From IMG/VR virus record IMGVR_UViG_3300029787_000013: a stretch of 64,000 nt of DNA; one strand, given 5' to 3'. Each line of letters opens with the position of its first letter. Positions within the stretch are counted from its first letter, which is position 1. The DNA comes from an uncultured virus (IMG/VR IMGVR_UViG_3300029787_000013). Taxonomy: Duplodnaviria; Heunggongvirae; Uroviricota; Caudoviricetes. Of this stretch, positions 39,641-49,427 are shown piece after piece. The notes beneath the pieces are model-generated. The model was not told the origin of the DNA. It did not search any database and saw only the letters and a list, made by a program, of their open reading frames with translations. A program made the translations under genes and the position numbers.

Positions 39641-40900
39641 TTATAAGTAAAATGGAACCCAATAATCAGTTCCACCTATAGCAATTCTGAACATTCCTTT
39701 TAATGTCCATGTTGCACTATGAGGAGCTGCTACTGTAGATCCACTAGTGTCTCCATCTGGTTCTGTATCTATATTTGCTCCTTTTGACGTTCCTGTTCCA
39801 GCTGGTTCTAAACGAATAAATGGTTCATCACTATCAAGCTGATCTATTCTTAATGCTTCTTTTCCTGCACCATCTTTTGACCATACATGTAATGAACAAT
39901 CTGGATCTCTATCTGTTGTACCATTAGTGATACAAACTTTATTATTTTTTATTTTTAAAGGAGTAGCAGTTGTACTAGAAGATGCATTTTGAATAAATTG
40001 AATATCTTGAATAGTACTACTTCCTGTACCTGTTGATATAATTACTTTCCCACTATTAGATCCTGCATGTGCTGTATCTCCACCTTCTAAATATAAATCT
40101 CCTCCAGTCCCAGTTGTAGAGGCTCCTCCTTGAACATACAATTTATCTGCAGCTCCTGTAGTACTTTTTGGTTTAACGTATCTATCTGATCCTGCTGTAA
40201 ATTCAACATTAGAGTTTATAGCAGGTATACTAGTTACTGATAATCCTATACTTCCTGCACCATTAGTAATTGCTATAGATCCATCTCCACTTGTTAATGA
40301 AGCCCAAACAGGAGCGTCACTTGAAGATCCTATTAATAACTGCCCATTAGTTGCAGCAGCTAATTGTCCCATAGATGTTGTAGTAGGAGCATAAAATAAT
40401 GAGTATTGTGTAAATGCAGAAGAAGAAGAATCAATACCTGTACCACCTTTTGAAGTAGGTAATGTTCCTGAAACATTAGATGTAAGACTGCAATAAGCTG
40501 TTGCAGTTGATCCTGTACCCCCATTTGAAGTTGGAAGAGTGCCTGTTACTTTCTTTGTTAAATCAATACTACCATATAATTGTGAATTAGTAAGAGTTCC
40601 AGATATATCAGAAAAACTTATTGTTCCTAAATCTACACTTACATCTGCAGAACCTCCACCGCCTGATACTGTTATTTTTGTACTTCCTGCTACTATCTTA
40701 CTAAGAGTATAGACATTTTTACTTGATACTGCACTTATTAAAGAAACCGCTCCTGTAGTAGAGCCATAATTTGTAATATTAGGAAATAGATCTGCAACTG
40801 CTAGTTTTTGATTTACACTATTGGTACTATTAGCAGTTAATAAAAAATCTGCAGATACTACTGCTGTTTTAGCTAAAGTTGATAATTGACTTATTCTCAT
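39641..40900 (-). CDS. Tail fibre protein
   Basis: 419 aa, Ser/Thr/Gly-rich; MRISQL start; two V[TS]GTLPTS[NK]GGTG repeats; ends YWVPFYL. Confidence 0.7.
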   Translation of the reverse strand: MRISQLSTLAKTAVVSADFLLTANSTNSVNQKLAVADLFPNITNYGSTTGAVSLISAVSSKNVYTLSKIVAGSTKITVSGGGGSADVSVDLGTISFSDISGTLTNSQLYGSIDLTKKVTGTLPTSNGGTGSTATAYCSLTSNVSGTLPTSKGGTGIDSSSSAFTQYSLFYAPTTTSMGQLAAATNGQLLIGSSSDAPVWASLTSGDGSIAITNGAGSIGLSVTSIPAINSNVEFTAGSDRYVKPKSTTGAADKLYVQGGASTTGTGGDLYLEGGDTAHAGSNSGKVIISTGTGSSTIQDIQFIQNASSSTTATPLKIKNNKVCITNGTTDRDPDCSLHVWSKDGAGKEALRIDQLDSDEPFIRLEPAGTGTSKGANIDTEPDGDTSGSTVAAPHSATWTLKGMFRIAIGGTDYWVPFYL

Positions 40901-40910
40901 AATTATATTT

Positions 40911-43061
40911 TTAAGTTATTCGACTAGATTTATTAATTTCAGGACGAAGTTTATCTAAATTCTCTAACTCAATTGTTGAAGAAGTAACAGCTCTACCTTT
41001 AGTAGTTGAATCTAATGATCCGCTATATATAACTGCTTTTGGATCTTCCAGTTCGAATATAGATTTTTTTCTCTTATTTTCCAAACGTTTTATTATATTT
41101 TCTTTTTTTCCTCTAAAACTTTTTATTTTAAGAGGCTCCCAATCATTTCGTCCTAAAAATGATCCAGGCTCTGTTTTTCCATTTGAGGACTGATCTTTTA
41201 ATTCCCAGAATTTACCGTTATGTAAAGTTATGGCAGGGTATGCATAATCTAATTCTCCAGTACAACATCTACCGTAAGATTCAACTCTTCCAGATTGTCC
41301 CCCATTCCATGGCATTCCTCCTGCCTGTGCTGCTTGATATTCTTCTGTACTTTGCAGCCAATTATCATTAACAGCAAATAAATCAGTAAGATTTACTATA
41401 CCGTCCCCATTAGTATCTCCTTCAAGTGTGCCCCAACCTTCATAAATTGGATCAGCTTCATCTATAAAGATATTAATAGTAGTACTATTAAATATACTAC
41501 CATTACTTCCACTTGGTGTTCCAATTTGACTTGTTGGTAATATTCCTTCTATAGGATTAACCATACTTGTAGCTGATCCTACTTCTGTAACTAAAGCATT
41601 TCCTAAAGTTGTAAAATTAGTAGTAGCACTACATCCTTCATAATTTGCTAAATTTATTAAAGTAGTTCCTACTGTTGTATATATTAATTCCGAAGCGGCG
41701 TTTAGAAAAGCAGAATCTCTACCTAAAAGAAAATAAACTCCTCCCCCAGCTCCCACGCCTCCAGGAAGATCCATTACGTCATTGAATTGAGCAAATGGAG
41801 GATATTCTGCCGCCATTGGACTATAGTCAGGAGACGATGCATCCGTATATCTTTGAATCTCTATATAACTCTGAAACTCTCCACCAACTTGTCCAGCAGT
41901 AGCCTGTGTATATATACCAAAAACTGGTTCTTCTTCAGGATAAAACTTCTCATATAAATAATCTAATACATGTGCTTTCATTACTTCAGAAGCGCATCCT
42001 TTCATACCACCAACCCAATTATTATACAATTGATTATATTTGTTTACCAAAGATGCTTTACTATATGGAGGCACTTGTTCTCCAGCAGATCTGTTCTTTG
42101 TGTGTTTTACAAAAAACCTTTTTATTGGATATGTGTAACCTTCTGTTACATTTACTCCTTTTAAATAATGCCATCCAGGTGCTAGATCGGTTCTATTTGG
42201 AAGTAGTTTATTCATTAATTTGCCGTCTCCCCAACACCACATACATTTCATAGCTTCAGCAGGATTATCTAATTCTATTTTACCTCTAGTATTATTTTTA
42301 ACTGGAGTTATTTTTGAAGTAAATTGTGGAAATGTTGTAGGTATTGTCTCATAGTACTCAGTAGGCTCAACAGTTATTTCGTGTATTCTAAATTTTGCAT
42401 AACTATTATCAGGAGTTGGACTTGTATCTCTAATTCCAAGATATTGAACTACATCTGATGATACAACTATATTTGTTGTAATAGTTACTTTATTTCCATT
42501 TGTAGAAAATTCATCAGCTCCTAAACTTCCATAAGCTGTGTGTCCTGCAGCAGTCATTGCAGCAGCAACTTTAGATGCAAAATTAGCCTCATCTAGTGCA
42601 GCTATTGTTCCTTCAGGATATTTTTTATTTCCATTTCTTAACCCTATCCAAAATTCTGCTTTATGCCCACTTCCAGGATCTCCTAATGTTTCTAATGTAA
42701 TTGATATTGTATAATTATCTGTTGCTGAAGTATTATTTAAAAGTACAGCTGGAGCAATCCAAACAGTTTCATCTTTAGTAGCTCCTCCAATTTCTTTTTC
42801 TGATCCTCTTATAAATACTTTAGAGTTTGAGGATTCTAAAAAATATTTATTATTTTCTTGTTTAACATGCCACCCGATTCCAGTAGCATTAGTTTGTTGC
42901 ACATAATGACAATCTTCCAAAAACCCAGTAGTTTTTAAAGGAGACATCTCTTTATTTATATAAGAGCTCCATACAAAAATTCCTGTTTCAAATGTATGTA
43001 TATAACAAGGACATGCATTATGAACAGTTGTTAATCTAGGATTAAAGTTAATTTGCTTCAT
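40911..43061 (-). CDS. Structural (tail hub/fibre-associated) protein with dockerin/EF-hand-like and CBM5/12-like motifs
   Basis: 716 aa; GDTNGDGIVNLTDLFAVNDNW; ITLHNGKFWELK...EPG...W. Confidence 0.5.
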   Translation of the reverse strand: MKQINFNPRLTTVHNACPCYIHTFETGIFVWSSYINKEMSPLKTTGFLEDCHYVQQTNATGIGWHVKQENNKYFLESSNSKVFIRGSEKEIGGATKDETVWIAPAVLLNNTSATDNYTISITLETLGDPGSGHKAEFWIGLRNGNKKYPEGTIAALDEANFASKVAAAMTAAGHTAYGSLGADEFSTNGNKVTITTNIVVSSDVVQYLGIRDTSPTPDNSYAKFRIHEITVEPTEYYETIPTTFPQFTSKITPVKNNTRGKIELDNPAEAMKCMWCWGDGKLMNKLLPNRTDLAPGWHYLKGVNVTEGYTYPIKRFFVKHTKNRSAGEQVPPYSKASLVNKYNQLYNNWVGGMKGCASEVMKAHVLDYLYEKFYPEEEPVFGIYTQATAGQVGGEFQSYIEIQRYTDASSPDYSPMAAEYPPFAQFNDVMDLPGGVGAGGGVYFLLGRDSAFLNAASELIYTTVGTTLINLANYEGCSATTNFTTLGNALVTEVGSATSMVNPIEGILPTSQIGTPSGSNGSIFNSTTINIFIDEADPIYEGWGTLEGDTNGDGIVNLTDLFAVNDNWLQSTEEYQAAQAGGMPWNGGQSGRVESYGRCCTGELDYAYPAITLHNGKFWELKDQSSNGKTEPGSFLGRNDWEPLKIKSFRGKKENIIKRLENKRKKSIFELEDPKAVIYSGSLDSTTKGRAVTSSTIELENLDKLRPEINKSSRIT

Positions 43062-43064
43062 GGG

Positions 43065-43643
43065 TTAACTACAATTACAATCACATGAACTAGTTGCACT
43101 GCTACATAAAGTTTTTGCTTGCATATACGATTGATACGCGCCTTCAAAATCTAATTCTCCAGCTTTAATTTTAGCAGCTTGGACTAACATATATATTTTA
43201 TAAATTTCTTCTAAATCTTTATCGCAACATTTTTTACTTTTACAATTATCACAAGATTTATTTAAATAAGTAGTCATTTTACTTGCTATGCAGCAATCTA
43301 CATCACAAGTTAAAGCTATACCTATTATTGGATTATCCAATGCATCACCAGCATTTCCTTCTACATCAAAATTGAATTTCCATATTCCATTTATAGATGT
43401 AACATTATATGTATTTGCAGTACCTACAAAAGTAGCACCTGCATATAATTCAGAAACTGCTGCTAAATTCCAATTATTTAAATTAGCTGCATCGCCTATA
43501 TTTAAAGGATTAACTAAAGGTGTAGAAAAATCATTTTGATAAACTACAAATTTATCATTTCCCCAAGTAGTAGCGCCAGTACCTTTAATATCTAAAGCTA
43601 TATAATGACAAGGTGTATTAGTTGAAATTTCTACGTAAGGCAT
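43065..43643 (-). CDS. Cys-rich crAss-like structural protein (tail hub-like)
   Basis: 192 aa; CDVDCC, CDNC...CC, ends CDCNCS; follows the capsid operon terminator. Confidence 0.5.
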   Translation of the reverse strand: MPYVEISTNTPCHYIALDIKGTGATTWGNDKFVVYQNDFSTPLVNPLNIGDAANLNNWNLAAVSELYAGATFVGTANTYNVTSINGIWKFNFDVEGNAGDALDNPIIGIALTCDVDCCIASKMTTYLNKSCDNCKSKKCCDKDLEEIYKIYMLVQAAKIKAGELDFEGAYQSYMQAKTLCSSATSSCDCNCS

Positions 43644-43665
43644 TGTGTATAAGTTTTAAAAGGTT

Positions 43666-43708
43666 AAAAAAATAAAGTCAAGGGGGATTGCTCCCCCTTT
43701 AACTTTAT
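43666..43708 (-). terminator. Rho-independent terminator
   Basis: AUAAAGUUAAAGGGGGA-GCAA-UCCCCCUUGACUUUAU hairpin (GNRA loop) followed by a U-tract. Confidence 0.85.
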
Positions 43709-43722
43709 AAATAAAATAGAGA

Positions 43723-44790
43723 TTAAGCTCCTCCTACAGCTCTTTCATACAGAACTACTGTAGCACCAGCTGAAGTACCACTTGCTGCAGCAGCACCTAA
43801 GCCACCACCAGCAAATTGTTCATTCAACGCACCACCACCATCTGTCCATCCACTAGGGATATAGATTTCTATAGTTAGTGAGTCATTACCAGGATGATTT
43901 GCGAAATTCATTCCCGCTCTAGCACCACTATGTTCAAGTACAATTTCCATCACATCATATGTTTCTGTTAAAGAAGCATATCTTTCTGTCATAGGTAAAT
44001 GTAACTTATTATGGTTTCCTCCTCTATAACCTTCAGATAATTTTTCAGCTGACACTGCTTGCCATCCATTACCTGTACCAACTGTTGGAGTAGCTCTTCC
44101 AACTATAGTATCAGTTCCAGCGAAGTTTATTGCTGTATAAGTAGAAGAAGATCCAGTACCACCTAAATCAATTACTTCAAATGTAGTCCACTTATCTTTT
44201 GCAGTAAGTGTTATATCTGCAGTTGAAATTGATGCACTAACAGGACAATTCTCATCCGCATTAATTGCATCTACTATTGCTTGACAATTATCAGCAGCAG
44301 TAGTAACTGTTGCTGTGTGTTCAAAAGAATACAGTTTACCTGTATAATTATAATCATCAAAACTAGGATTAATGAATTCTTCATACACAGCCGCTGCAGG
44401 CTTTGCGATAATTTTAATACCAAATGTATCACCTACTACTTGCGTATCAAATGTTGCACCAGCGCCACCTATTGTAGCAGCAACCGTTGCATTATAATGA
44501 TGAATTTTCCAAGATACAACATCTCTTCTGTTAATAATTGGAGAGCAGTAAGGCATATTGCCATCTCCTCTACTTTGAGTAATTTGAAACTCTTTTGGGG
44601 TAATCGCCCCAGACGCAACAACCACATCACCAGTAGCATGAAGTCTATCATTTTCAACATTTGCTCCTGATCCATTTAAAGACCATATACCTACAGCTCC
44701 TGCTGTAGTTGCGGATGCAAATAGTGCTGAAGTGTCAAAAGCCCATCCTGTTGCGTTTGCTTGGTTGTCTACAAAAACTAATTTTGCCAT
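43723..44790 (-). CDS. Auxiliary capsid / decoration protein
   Basis: 355 aa, Ala/Gly/Thr-rich; last gene of the capsid block, before a strong terminator; crAss synteny. Confidence 0.55.
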   Translation of the reverse strand: MAKLVFVDNQANATGWAFDTSALFASATTAGAVGIWSLNGSGANVENDRLHATGDVVVASGAITPKEFQITQSRGDGNMPYCSPIINRRDVVSWKIHHYNATVAATIGGAGATFDTQVVGDTFGIKIIAKPAAAVYEEFINPSFDDYNYTGKLYSFEHTATVTTAADNCQAIVDAINADENCPVSASISTADITLTAKDKWTTFEVIDLGGTGSSSTYTAINFAGTDTIVGRATPTVGTGNGWQAVSAEKLSEGYRGGNHNKLHLPMTERYASLTETYDVMEIVLEHSGARAGMNFANHPGNDSLTIEIYIPSGWTDGGGALNEQFAGGGLGAAAASGTSAGATVVLYERAVGGA

Positions 44791-44819
44791 TTTTATAAAT
44801 TTTAAATATTAATATTAAT

Positions 44820-45740
44820 TTAATCAGACTTCACTGTTTCCGCCTGATGCGACTTATATCTAGGATCACTAATGCTTTCCAATAATAAATCTACTGCCAT
44901 ATTCACAATTTCTTGATGAGTATGGTTCGCCAATTGACAATCCTGATCTGCAGAAATGTCATCTGGTGTTCTAATGTACCTGATATGTACAGTATCTACA
45001 AAAAATGTACTATCGGTATATATTTCTATTTGAGGCACGCTCAAAGTAATGTCGTTATCTTCTTCATCTGTATATGTTCCAGAAAATCCAGACATAGAAT
45101 AAATAGGAGATGTTAATTTAGTAGTATTAAAAGGATCTTTTAACACTGTAAATATATCATCGTTTTGTACAAATTTACAAAGAGTAGTATGAGCTGTTTT
45201 TAATGTAGATAAAGGTTCTTCAACCTCTACTCTAGGCACTACTGAACCAACTCCTATTTCATTACTTTCAAGTAATGCTTGAAGAATTGTACTATTATTT
45301 GTATCATCTGTTTCTTCATCAGGTCCCCATTGCCAATAATCTTCTTCTTCTACATTTAACTTTACTTTACATCCTACATATTTTAAGCTTGCACGAACAT
45401 TAACTAAAAACATATATGGTAAAGAATTGTTTGGTGCATCCTGAATATCATTAGGTAATAAACAAATAACATCTCTAAAATGATTTTCTCCTATTTGTTG
45501 CGAATAATTTATATTTATATTTGCATCTACAAGTAAAGGAGCAAGATCATCAATTCTTTTTTGAGATTCCTCAAATCCACGACCATACTTATTTGCGCGT
45601 CCATATCTTTGCTTAATAAAAGTTTCTTGAGCCATATTTAAAGCTCTGTAAACTTCATTAGGTAATAGGGTATCAGCTTGGAAAGAATTAATCTTATCCA
45701 AAAGCATATTTACCCTAATTAACATTTCTGCGCCTGTCAT
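44820..45740 (-). CDS. Head-tail ring protein (crAss capsid-module conserved gene)
   Basis: GFEESQKRIDDLAPLL, HIRYIRTP, CQLANHTHQEIVNMAV. Confidence 0.7.
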   Translation of the reverse strand: MTGAEMLIRVNMLLDKINSFQADTLLPNEVYRALNMAQETFIKQRYGRANKYGRGFEESQKRIDDLAPLLVDANININYSQQIGENHFRDVICLLPNDIQDAPNNSLPYMFLVNVRASLKYVGCKVKLNVEEEDYWQWGPDEETDDTNNSTILQALLESNEIGVGSVVPRVEVEEPLSTLKTAHTTLCKFVQNDDIFTVLKDPFNTTKLTSPIYSMSGFSGTYTDEEDNDITLSVPQIEIYTDSTFFVDTVHIRYIRTPDDISADQDCQLANHTHQEIVNMAVDLLLESISDPRYKSHQAETVKSD

Positions 45741-45741
45741 A

Positions 45742-46542
45742 TTATATACTCGCTTCTTTTAATTTTGCTCTTAAAATAGTTAAAGTTCCTGAGTTCTTTT
45801 TATTACGAAGATATACTATTGTATCTTCTGTAGTCTCACCAAGTACTTCATCTATATAAATTACTTGGTTTCCTATTTTTCTTAAAACTCCTCCTTCAAC
45901 CATTTCATCAATTTCAGCTTTCATTTCTAAATTTTTATCTAATGCTAATTTAAGAAATTTAGCTGGTTCTTTATCTTTGAGATCATAAAGATTATTTTCT
46001 TTTTGTTCTCTAGTTAATTTAGATGGATTTATTTTAGATAATAATCTAAGTAACATATCCATTTTCTTTTCATCAGATGAAGCTTTAATAAATTCTTTAT
46101 CTGCTTCTTTTCTAATTTTAACTTTTTTATTTGCTTCTCTTATGTTTTTATTTTCATCAACAAAATAAAAGCGTTGTTTTGCTTTAAGTTCTTCTTTGCT
46201 ATCCCCTACATAAGGATGTTTTAAAGCAAATCTATATTTTAAATAATGATCAATGTTATAAGGCGTCCCATCTTCATCTTTTCCTATTTCTAATTCAACT
46301 CCTTCAAAAGGAACTTTAATTTGCATTTGAGCCCAAAAAACTTTTTCTTGTTTTGGCCAATCTACATGATCAGGACCAACATCTAAAATGCCAATCATTA
46401 TTTTTTTTGCTTCTTCGCCTTCTACACCTTTTAAAGGTTGACGATTAACATATACGCTACTTACTTTTGAGATTGCGCTAGCTCTAACTTCTTTAGGAAG
46501 ATGTCCCATGACTTCTACCCTACGTAACATTACTTTTTTCAT
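45742..46542 (-). CDS. Conserved crAss-like protein downstream of the MCP
   Basis: 266 aa; PYNIDHYLKYRFALKHPYV; synteny. Confidence 0.6.
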   Translation of the reverse strand: MKKVMLRRVEVMGHLPKEVRASAISKVSSVYVNRQPLKGVEGEEAKKIMIGILDVGPDHVDWPKQEKVFWAQMQIKVPFEGVELEIGKDEDGTPYNIDHYLKYRFALKHPYVGDSKEELKAKQRFYFVDENKNIREANKKVKIRKEADKEFIKASSDEKKMDMLLRLLSKINPSKLTREQKENNLYDLKDKEPAKFLKLALDKNLEMKAEIDEMVEGGVLRKIGNQVIYIDEVLGETTEDTIVYLRNKKNSGTLTILRAKLKEASI

Positions 46543-46566
46543 ATTTTAGTTCTTTTACAGTTTAAG

Positions 46567-46678
46567 AATAACAATTTTTGTTATTTAATTAGTTTAATCT
46601 AGTCCCGCAAAGTCAAAGGGTAAAAACCCCCTGACTTCTTGGAAACTAAATAAATAGACTACGATGCAACTCATAGTC
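46567..46678 (-). terminator. Tandem stem-loops downstream of the MCP (terminator/processing site)
   Basis: GACUAUGA/UCGUAGUC stem then UAUUUAUUU (46657-46678); long stem 46600-46648; AT inverted repeat 46567-46585. Confidence 0.6.
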
Positions 46679-46695
46679 GGGTCATGACACTCTTC

Positions 46696-48120
46696 TTATG
46701 AAGCTACACACTCCATGTCAAGAGAAGTATCAAATCTTCGAAGCACTATACCTGCTGTTTTAAGCATGTGTACAGAAGCCCCATCAATATCAGACGCTCT
46801 AGATCCATTACCATCGAATCCTCTAGGCACAACTGATCCAGCTACACACCATCTTAGCATCTCACGTCCTTTTTTGTTGATCATTTGAACATTGTTCTGA
46901 CCATCATAGTTTGAATTGTCAACAAAGACCATTCTGTAAGATTCTAAAGAATATCCTGTAGCAGGATGTTTAGCTCTAGCTTGAGCAACTGGTCCATGAT
47001 CAAACATAGGAACTTTAACTACATTTACTTTATAACCATCAATATGATCATAAGAAGTAAAGTAACCAGTCATTCCTAAAGATCGTCCTGATCCAGTAAT
47101 AAATTTACTATCAGCAGTTACTTTCCAATTACCTGTTGCAAATCCACCAGTGTAATTTTTTAAAGCAGAATCAAATTCTCTAGCACCACCAATACCTGTA
47201 TAAAGTGTAATTACTTTATCAGCAGCATCAGTCATACCATAAAACATATCGCCAATAGTATTTAATAATTTACCTTCAGTTAAAGTAGAATAAGAATCTT
47301 TATTGATAATTTGTTGAAGTAAGCCTGGTCCATTAATAATTGGTTGTCCATTCTCATCTTGCATAGTTGTTTGACCTTTATCATCATAAGTCTTTTCACC
47401 ATACCAATATAATAATTCGCATTCTTCTTTAAATCTAAGCATGTGTCTGTACTCTTCATAGTCCATCCAAAGCTTAGTTTGTTTTCCACCTTTAGTTGGA
47501 AGATTAAATTCAGCAACATAATCTTTTGCATTACCTGCAAAGTGGTATGATTTTCTAACCGTACCAATTTTGTTACGAACTAATCCTGGAGCTGTCCAAT
47601 TAGAAGCATTACCTCTAGAGAAGTCTAACCCAACGTTAGCATACATCATTCCCCATAAAGCTCCTGCAGTAATATCTGCAGCTGCTATTTGGCTAGTTGT
47701 TGATGGATTAACTTGTCTCACAGTGTACTGCCATCCATTAGATACCTGTACAGGTTCAGCCATAATTCTAACTTGTGCCCCTGATTCAGAGATTAAGTTA
47801 TATGGGAACACAAACCATTTGTCTGGGAATGTCAATTTAAAAGGCATTCCTCCAGAGTCTGGAGTTGCGTCTGCTGCGGCAACTAATGGCCTAACATTAA
47901 TTTCATGTGTTTTTACTCGATATTCATACTCCCATCTATCAATAGATTTAGTATTGCCGACACCTTCTGTCAGCATTGTTAATGGAAATTTACGATCTTC
48001 TTTACCAGCCAAATGTGTAATAATTGGTGAAAGCTCAGTAGGTTTTTCCATTAGTGCTGCAGAAAGACTGTTACTATCAGTCATTTGCGCGTCGTTATAA
48101 AACGTTTTTACTACTTGCAT
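46696..48120 (-). CDS. Major capsid protein (HK97 fold, crAss-like)
   Basis: 474 aa; position after the scaffold-like gene; GPGLLQQI, LYTGIGGAREF, GHPxxSY-like ATGYSLESY; strong downstream stem-loops. Confidence 0.85.
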   Translation of the reverse strand: MQVVKTFYNDAQMTDSNSLSAALMEKPTELSPIITHLAGKEDRKFPLTMLTEGVGNTKSIDRWEYEYRVKTHEINVRPLVAAADATPDSGGMPFKLTFPDKWFVFPYNLISESGAQVRIMAEPVQVSNGWQYTVRQVNPSTTSQIAAADITAGALWGMMYANVGLDFSRGNASNWTAPGLVRNKIGTVRKSYHFAGNAKDYVAEFNLPTKGGKQTKLWMDYEEYRHMLRFKEECELLYWYGEKTYDDKGQTTMQDENGQPIINGPGLLQQIINKDSYSTLTEGKLLNTIGDMFYGMTDAADKVITLYTGIGGAREFDSALKNYTGGFATGNWKVTADSKFITGSGRSLGMTGYFTSYDHIDGYKVNVVKVPMFDHGPVAQARAKHPATGYSLESYRMVFVDNSNYDGQNNVQMINKKGREMLRWCVAGSVVPRGFDGNGSRASDIDGASVHMLKTAGIVLRRFDTSLDMECVAS

Positions 48121-48173
48121 TTTTTAATAATTATTTAATGAAGGACCCTTTACCTTCTAATCCAGGGTTTTTA

Positions 48174-49322
48174 CTAGATGACCGATAGATCAAGATCTTC
48201 AATATCAAATCCAGTATTTCTTCTACTAGAACGCTTAGCACTTTTAGTTCTAGATTCATTTGTTGTGATTCTAGATCTTAAATCTTTAGCTTTACTAGTT
48301 TTAACTTTATTTTTAATCACATCGTCTAGTTTAAATCCTTTAAACATAAGATAGTCAATAGCTAACTTAGTTTGTATACTAGATTCAGTGTGATCTATAT
48401 CTCTTTTAGTAGTTCCATCTCCACGCACTGGAGTTGTTAAATACTTAAAAAATTTATTTTTTTCATTCTGTGGAATTACAATCCCAGAAAATTCTTTTGA
48501 GGTATCAATTGTTTCATACACATCATCCCAAAACTTTTTTTGTTGTTGTCGTTGCTGTTGGTGCTCCTGCTTTTGCTGTTGCACTAATTTAGCTCTTTCA
48601 ACTTTTTGAGAATTCACTAAAGCTTTTTGTGCCAACTGTGCTTTTGACATAAGCTTTCCTCCATCCTCATAATCTTCTATCAACTCATTAACAAATCCTT
48701 CATCATGACCCTTCTCTTTAAAATATTTAGATACTAACATTTTTTGTGTTGCAGTATCTTTATCAGATAATTTAATTCTAGCAAAGTCTAATTTAGGATC
48801 ATAGGCCTGCATAAAATTTTGAGACTGTCCTCCAGCAATAACATATTCTAAATGTTCTTTAACTAGTGGGAATTCCTCAAATAGCTCTTTCATATGTTCT
48901 TGAGCTATTTTATCTCCTACATCTTTAGTTAGTTTTGTTAGTCCATCTACATTATCATCATACGTATCGTCTCCTAAATCAAATCCTAAATTTGACATTA
49001 CTTCTGAAACTACTGTAGAGTCTCCTTCAACACCTCCTTCAATATTTCCTTCAATATTTTCTTGTGGCTGGCTTTCAACCTTTGTTTCTTTTTCTTCTAC
49101 TAAATGAGCCTCTGGTACTGTTTCTTCTTCTTTTTTCTCAGCATCTTCATCTAACGTATCAGCTGCTTCTTTAACATCACCTACTGGCGCTGCTTCAATT
49201 TCATTTGTTACAGGCTCTTCAGCTACTACCTCTTCGCTGGCTCCTGGTTTGATTCCTTCATCAATCATATCATCGAATGATAAGTCATCAAAGTTTAATT
49301 TATCGTCTGTTGCATCTATCAT
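48174..49322 (-). CDS. Acidic scaffold-like protein upstream of the MCP
   Basis: 382 aa; very acidic N terminus, Gln-rich coiled coil; crAss synteny. Confidence 0.65.
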   Translation of the reverse strand: MIDATDDKLNFDDLSFDDMIDEGIKPGASEEVVAEEPVTNEIEAAPVGDVKEAADTLDEDAEKKEEETVPEAHLVEEKETKVESQPQENIEGNIEGGVEGDSTVVSEVMSNLGFDLGDDTYDDNVDGLTKLTKDVGDKIAQEHMKELFEEFPLVKEHLEYVIAGGQSQNFMQAYDPKLDFARIKLSDKDTATQKMLVSKYFKEKGHDEGFVNELIEDYEDGGKLMSKAQLAQKALVNSQKVERAKLVQQQKQEHQQQRQQQKKFWDDVYETIDTSKEFSGIVIPQNEKNKFFKYLTTPVRGDGTTKRDIDHTESSIQTKLAIDYLMFKGFKLDDVIKNKVKTSKAKDLRSRITTNESRTKSAKRSSRRNTGFDIEDLDLSVI

Positions 49323-49344
49323 AATTATTTATTTATTTTATTTA

Positions 49345-49420
49345 CAAATTTAATGTTTTAATATCAATATTTTTAATCTTATTATTATATATATATTTAC
49401 TTTATTATATAACACTTATT
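49345..49420 (-). promoter_or_regulatory. Putative late promoter for scaffold/MCP
   Basis: Bacteroidota -7 box TAAATTTG (49345-49352) plus upstream AATAAGTGTTATA (49408-49420), shared with the portal upstream region. Confidence 0.6.
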
Positions 49421-49427
49421 TTTTAAA

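Noticed and set aside
48120..48176. Stop readthrough fusing scaffold and MCP
   Set aside because: Double stop TAG-TAA, and the MCP is in a different frame
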